Shown in pieces: positions 59,448 through 64,000 of a stretch of 64,000 bases of DNA. The DNA is taken from assembly GCA_964291415.2 (NCBI GenBank), contig OZ219920.1:864001-928000 (forward strand). Reading direction: 5' to 3'. Position 1 is the stretch's first letter. The number at the start of each line of letters is the position of its first letter. The position numbers and the translations under genes were made by a program. The notes under the pieces are model-generated. The model was not told where the DNA came from. It was given only the letters and a program-made list of their open reading frames with translations, and ran no database searches. Origin of the DNA: Alphaproteobacteria bacterium (GTDB lineage: Bacteria; Pseudomonadota; Alphaproteobacteria; SP197).

Positions 59448-61475
59448 TCAGTTGAGGTCACGGGGAATGGTCTCGTTCCAGCTTCGTGCCCACACCCGGC
59501 GGCCATTCTCGAAGGCCTCGCAATCGGCCTCGAACACCCAGTCGTCCCGGGTACACGCCAGGCACGAGCGCGTCGTCGTGCTGACTTCGAAACCGGCCGA
59601 CTCGCGCAATTGCCGCCACGTCCAGGTGATGGTGATGCGGGCGGACGCCGGGTCGTTGTCGGTGACGTCGAAGTGCTGTTCGCATCGGGCGCCGAAAGTC
59701 CAGTCGGTGGCCGGATCGCGGACGAGTCCGCCATCACGCAGCACCGAGGAACGCACGTCTCCGGTGACCTCCCGCGTCGTCCACCGGCGGTCGCTCGCCG
59801 GTTCGACGACTTCGGTCTTCCACGGCTCTGCACTCTCGGGCGGAGGGAACACGGGCAGCGATGCATCGTCGGCACGACGCGGGCGCTGCGGCAGATGAAG
59901 GACGCCGCGATGCAACGTGAGCGAAACCGGTTCCGGGGAGGGCCACAACAGGGGCCACATGGCGTTGGAGAGCGCCAGGCGGATGCGATGGCCGACCGCA
60001 AAGCCCTGGGCGATGTCGTTCAGCTGCACCCGCACCCGGTAGACCGTCCCGGGCTCAAGGGGTTCGGGGTGTTCATGACTGTCTCGATGGGTGAGGTTGA
60101 GCACTCCGTAGGTCACCCGTGTCGACGCGCCGTCAGGAGCGACATCACACAGCCGGGCCGCAACGAAGGCGCATGGCCGGTCGGCGGAGACATCGAGTTC
60201 GACGACAGGCGCGCCAAGGATCTCCAGCGGATCGTCGAGAGGGTCGGTTTCGAAGACGATCGAACAGCCGTCTTCCGCCCGTTGGTCACCCGGTGCATCG
60301 TGGTCGAGGCCGTACTGGCACCATTCGCCCTGGTCCTGACCCATGGTGAGCGGCGTGCGGATGATGACGGGCGGGGTCGGTTCCCCGCCGCATTCCAGCC
60401 GGCCGCGGGCGGAGCACTCGAGCGCCACGTTCTCGATGGCCGGGGAGGGCCAGGAGGGCTCGGCCACCCAGCGTCCCTCGCGATGACCGCTCCAGGTGGC
60501 GGGTGGATGGCTGTCCTGCATCCACACGCGATACATGGGTTCGTCCATGATCCCGTTGTCGATGCCCTTGAGCCAGCGGTCCCACCAGCGAAGGGTCTCC
60601 TGGAGGAAACCGATGCGCGGCCCGGGGTTGGCGAAGTGCGGGTACTTGTGCGCCCAGGGGCCGACCAGGCCCTTCCTCGGGCATGTCAGGCCCGCCAGCA
60701 TGCGCGGTACGGCATTCGAGTAGCCGTCGGCCCAGCCGCCGACGGCATAGACGGCCGCTTCGATGTCGGCGTGGTTCTCGATGACGGATCCGTGCTTCCA
60801 CAAGCCATCGCGGCGCTGGTGGTGCAGCCACTTGATGAGCCATGGATCGTTCGCTTCGAGCCGGGCCATCCACAGTTCGCGCCAGTTGTCGACCAGGGCC
60901 GGATCGGGCGGGCGTGTGTTCATGCCGAACATGGTGGAGGCCCAGGCCATCGAGTCATTGGTCATGACTCCGCCCATGTAGTGGATGTCGTCGCTGTAGC
61001 GGTCATCCGTCGAGGCGATGGTGACGATGGCCTTGAGTTCCGGCGGCCGTCGGGCCGCGATCTGCAGGCCATTGAATCCGCCCCAGGAGATTCCGATCAT
61101 GCCGCAGGCGCCGGTGCACCAGTCCCTCGAGGCGATCCAGGCGAGGATTTCAAGGGCGTCATCCTGTTCCTGCTTCAGGTATTCATCCTCGAGAATGCCC
61201 TGCGATTCGCCGGAGCCCCGGATGTCCACCCGCACGGCGGCGTAGCCGTGACCGGCGTACCACGGGTGGGTCAACTCGTCGCGGTCACGGGTGCCGTCCC
61301 GCTTGCGGTAGGGCAGGTACTCGAGGATGGCGGGGACCGGCTTGTCGCTGGCGTCCCGCGGCAGCCAGATGCGGGCCGCCAGCCGGGTGCCGTCCGACAG
61401 GGGAATCCACGTGTTCTCGATGACCTCGACCTCGTGGGGAAAATCCGTCACCACCGTGATGTCGTCAGCCGCCAT
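59448..61475 (-). CDS. CocE/NonD family hydrolase with C-terminal PepX-like domain
   Basis: DGTRLAARIWLP, EYLPYRK, GISWGG, GGWADGY, GPWAHKYP. Confidence 0.93.
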   Translation of the reverse strand: MAADDITVVTDFPHEVEVIENTWIPLSDGTRLAARIWLPRDASDKPVPAILEYLPYRKRDGTRDRDELTHPWYAGHGYAAVRVDIRGSGESQGILEDEYLKQEQDDALEILAWIASRDWCTGACGMIGISWGGFNGLQIAARRPPELKAIVTIASTDDRYSDDIHYMGGVMTNDSMAWASTMFGMNTRPPDPALVDNWRELWMARLEANDPWLIKWLHHQRRDGLWKHGSVIENHADIEAAVYAVGGWADGYSNAVPRMLAGLTCPRKGLVGPWAHKYPHFANPGPRIGFLQETLRWWDRWLKGIDNGIMDEPMYRVWMQDSHPPATWSGHREGRWVAEPSWPSPAIENVALECSARGRLECGGEPTPPVIIRTPLTMGQDQGEWCQYGLDHDAPGDQRAEDGCSIVFETDPLDDPLEILGAPVVELDVSADRPCAFVAARLCDVAPDGASTRVTYGVLNLTHRDSHEHPEPLEPGTVYRVRVQLNDIAQGFAVGHRIRLALSNAMWPLLWPSPEPVSLTLHRGVLHLPQRPRRADDASLPVFPPPESAEPWKTEVVEPASDRRWTTREVTGDVRSSVLRDGGLVRDPATDWTFGARCEQHFDVTDNDPASARITITWTWRQLRESAGFEVSTTTRSCLACTRDDWVFEADCEAFENGRRVWARSWNETIPRDLN

Positions 61476-61489
61476 GTCGATCCTCCTCG

Positions 61490-62422
61490 TCAGCCGCCCC
61501 CGGCGATCATGCCGTGCCGCCGGCGTCCGTCAATGTCCGCGCCTGCGTTTCGGTCGGGCTTCCCCTGAATGCGAACAACCTGAGCGATCGCCAGGATGGC
61601 GGCCTCCAGGAGACGCGCCGTGGCTGCCATGCCCGCAGTGGGCTCGACGGCCATCTCATCGAGATAGAGTCGCCGGTCGACTTCGATCTGGATGGCGTGC
61701 ATCCCGAGATCCGGTCTGCCGTAGCGCATGGTGATATGGCCGCCCGGATAGGGATTGTTGCGGCGGACCGTTGCCCCCTGAGCCTGCAGGGCCTCGGTGG
61801 CTGCCCGCGACACCGCTGGCGCGCACGACGTTCCGAACCGGTCACCGAGCACGATGTCGACGGGTTTGCGGTCGCAGGCGGGGCGGGAGGTCGGCATGGA
61901 GTGACAGTCGATCAGGCAGACGGCGCCGAACAGCCGACGGGTTTCGTCGATCAGGCTTTCGAGCGCGGCGTGATAGGGAGTGTAACAGCTGGCAATCCGG
62001 CGTTGCGCTTCGCTCGCCGGCAACCTCGAGCGGTAGATTTCCTGGCCTCCCGCGACGACACGCGGGATGATCCCCAGCCCCGCCCTGACGCGCGGGCTGC
62101 CGTGTCCCGGCGTGGCGCTCATCCGTCCCTCGAACATGGTGCAGTCGAGTTCGCCCGGCTCGCGGTTGACATCGATCCAGGCGCGGGGAAAGAGCGCCGA
62201 TATGGTGGGGGCGCCCAGCGCCGGTACACCGGAAATGAGGCGATCGACGAAGGCATCCTCGGAGCGGCGGATTGCCTGGCTGTCAAGCCGCGTCATCTCG
62301 AGAAACGAGGGATCATAGTTTCGGCCGCTGTGTGGCGACGAGACCAGCACCGGCAGGGTCTGGCGATCCGGATTGATGACCTCGAGGACCTGCAGCCCGC
62401 CATTATCGTTTGCGCGTGTCAC
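61490..62422 (-). CDS. N-formylglutamate amidohydrolase
   Basis: SSPHSG, SED, DVNREP, PYH, IDCHSM, DIVLGDRFG, HAIQIEVDR. Confidence 0.92.
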   Translation of the reverse strand: MTRANDNGGLQVLEVINPDRQTLPVLVSSPHSGRNYDPSFLEMTRLDSQAIRRSEDAFVDRLISGVPALGAPTISALFPRAWIDVNREPGELDCTMFEGRMSATPGHGSPRVRAGLGIIPRVVAGGQEIYRSRLPASEAQRRIASCYTPYHAALESLIDETRRLFGAVCLIDCHSMPTSRPACDRKPVDIVLGDRFGTSCAPAVSRAATEALQAQGATVRRNNPYPGGHITMRYGRPDLGMHAIQIEVDRRLYLDEMAVEPTAGMAATARLLEAAILAIAQVVRIQGKPDRNAGADIDGRRRHGMIAGGG

Positions 62423-62521
62423 CGGACCGGTTTAGATTACGCACATGTCGTTGTCACGCATCGAGTGGAGAGTCGGTGTGCCGGGTTGTCTGGGCAACCG
62501 GTGCGGGCGGACATAGGGCCG

Positions 62522-62881
62522 ATGGCACGTATTCTCCTGGTCGCGCAGGACGACGTGCTACGGGGATATCTGGCAAAGCGGCTGTTGAGACAGGGACATG
62601 TTGTCTCGCCGATGGCAAACGCGCGCGAAGCGATCGCATGGCTCGTGCCGGGGGCATTCAGGATCCTCATCACCGAAGCGAGAATGGATGACATCGATGG
62701 ACCGGAACTGGCCAGACGCGCGGTGGCGACCGTCCCGGGCCTGCGCATCCTCTTTCTGGACGGATTCGGTGTCCTGGCATTGCGCCAGGGAGCTCTGCCT
62801 GCCCTTGACGAAGCATGCCTGCTCCCGCGTTTCCATCTCAACAGCATCATTGGCGAGATCGACAATCTTCTCGCCGCGTGA
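62522..62881 (+). CDS. cpdR: Single-domain response regulator, CpdR-like, atypical receiver
   Basis: MARILL..., DGPELARRA, GF.VLAL, FHL; divergent from N-formylglutamate amidohydrolase as in the conserved alphaproteobacterial arrangement. Confidence 0.75.
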   Translation: MARILLVAQDDVLRGYLAKRLLRQGHVVSPMANAREAIAWLVPGAFRILITEARMDDIDGPELARRAVATVPGLRILFLDGFGVLALRQGALPALDEACLLPRFHLNSIIGEIDNLLAA

Positions 62882-62923
62882 CGACCTCTTGCCGGTGGCT
62901 GGTCGGCATCCGGGGTGCGGACC

Positions 62924-64000
62924 ATGACACGCGAGCAGAACTTCTCCACCATCGAAGATGCGATTGCCGAGATTTCCGCGGGCAGACCCGTCGTCGTCGT
63001 TGACGACGAGCACCGGGAGAATGAGGGCGATCTCATCATGGCCGCAGGGAAGGCAACGCCGGACCTGGTCGCCTTCTTTGTCCGCCATACAGCCGGTGTC
63101 ATCTGCGTTCCCATGGAAGGAGAACGCCTTGATGAACTCGAGCTGCCGCAAATGGTGCAGCACAACACCGAACAGCACCGCACGGCCTTCACGGTGTCCG
63201 TGGACTACCGTTTCGGGACGACCACCGGCATTTCGGCAGAAGACCGGGCACGGACCATCCGGGCCCTTGCCGGAGACGGCGGCAACAGGCGTGTCGATGC
63301 GGCGAGTTTTGCCAGGCCCGGGCACATCTTTCCGTTGCGCGCGCGAGAAGGCGGTGTCCTGACCCGCGCCGGTCATACCGAGGCGGCCGTCGACCTGGCG
63401 CGGCTCGCCGGGTGTGCTCCGGCCGGCATGATCTGCGAGATCGTCAACGACCGGGGCGCCCTCATGCGTCTGCCGGACCTGCTGCCTTTTGCCAGCGAGA
63501 ACGGACTGGCCGTCATCTCCATAGCCGATCTCATCGCCTATCGGCGGCGCACCGAACGCCTGGTTACGCTCATCGACCGCGCTCCCTTTGAAACCAGGCA
63601 CGGTCCCTTCGAGGTCTTCGTCTATCGTTCGGAGATCGACAACACGGAACATCTCGCCCTCGTGAAGGGGGACATCCGCTCTTCCGGTGACGGCGTTCTG
63701 GTCAGGGTTCACGCAGCGAGCGCCATCGACGATGTCTTTGGCACGGTGAGGGGCGCGGGGCGCAGTCTCGTGGACATTGCGCTGGAGCGGCTCGCCCGGG
63801 AACCGGCTTCCGTCTTTCTCTACCTGCGCGGACCGCAGGGCTGGGGCCTCGGTTTCGGACGTCGCCGGATCTACGGAGACGCGGATGGGGACCGTAACGA
63901 CGTCCTGCACGGGCTCGACTGGCGGCAGTATGGCACGGGGGCCCAGATCCTGCATGACCTTGGCCTGCGCACCATACGCATCCTGACCAACAATCCGGCG
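62924..64000 (+). CDS. ribB: DHBP synthase fused to degenerate GTP cyclohydrolase II domain (RibBX type); 3'-truncated by window, absent from ORF track
   Basis: VVDDEHRENEGDL, TAFTVSVD, TTGISAEDRART, PGHIFPL, RAGHTEAAVDL, GTGAQILHDLG, LTNNP. Confidence 0.95.
   Translation, partial: MTREQNFSTIEDAIAEISAGRPVVVVDDEHRENEGDLIMAAGKATPDLVAFFVRHTAGVICVPMEGERLDELELPQMVQHNTEQHRTAFTVSVDYRFGTTTGISAEDRARTIRALAGDGGNRRVDAASFARPGHIFPLRAREGGVLTRAGHTEAAVDLARLAGCAPAGMICEIVNDRGALMRLPDLLPFASENGLAVISIADLIAYRRRTERLVTLIDRAPFETRHGPFEVFVYRSEIDNTEHLALVKGDIRSSGDGVLVRVHAASAIDDVFGTVRGAGRSLVDIALERLAREPASVFLYLRGPQGWGLGFGRRRIYGDADGDRNDVLHGLDWRQYGTGAQILHDLGLRTIRILTNNPA

Noticed and set aside
50994-61568. Very long opposite-strand ORFs (e.g. 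50994..53144, 58746..61568, 56155..57687)
   Set aside because: Shadow frames of high-GC genes; no recognisable motifs.

Overview
High-GC bacterial chromosomal window, most likely an Alphaproteobacterium of Rhodospirillales-like organisation (recA-alaS, glyQ-glyS-ppdK, hutG/cpdR synteny). A giant secreted ankyrin protein suggests a host-associated, possibly sponge-symbiont lifestyle (inference). Core genes alternate with accessory material. (1) A minus-strand operon encodes a thioredoxin-fused partner protein, a UGSC-type selenoprotein that the ORF track splits at an in-frame UGA (followed 11 nt later by an fdhF-like SECIS hairpin), and a metallo-beta-lactamase-fold protein that has lost its metal ligands. 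(2) A ~3 kb decayed island is integrated at tRNA-Val(CAC), with a 48-bp att duplication, an integrase remnant, intact hipBA, a RES pseudogene and a ~155-nt highly structured non-coding element. (3) A large amine/C1 catabolic region includes a TMADH-family flavoprotein, PMT-like methyltransferase, PhyH, Rieske oxygenase, two CocE hydrolases, a two-subunit DMFase, TauD, a GMC oxidoreductase, and an NAD-linked formate dehydrogenase with fdhD/mobA. (4) There are two further VapBC-type TA pairs. (5) Several intact but catalytically degenerate proteins occur: a tandem bacterioferritin-like protein, CpdR with Asp->Glu at the phosphoacceptor, the MBL protein and the GCHII domain of RibBX. No CRISPR array or rRNA was seen. 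All assignments come from motif recognition by eye; no searches were run.
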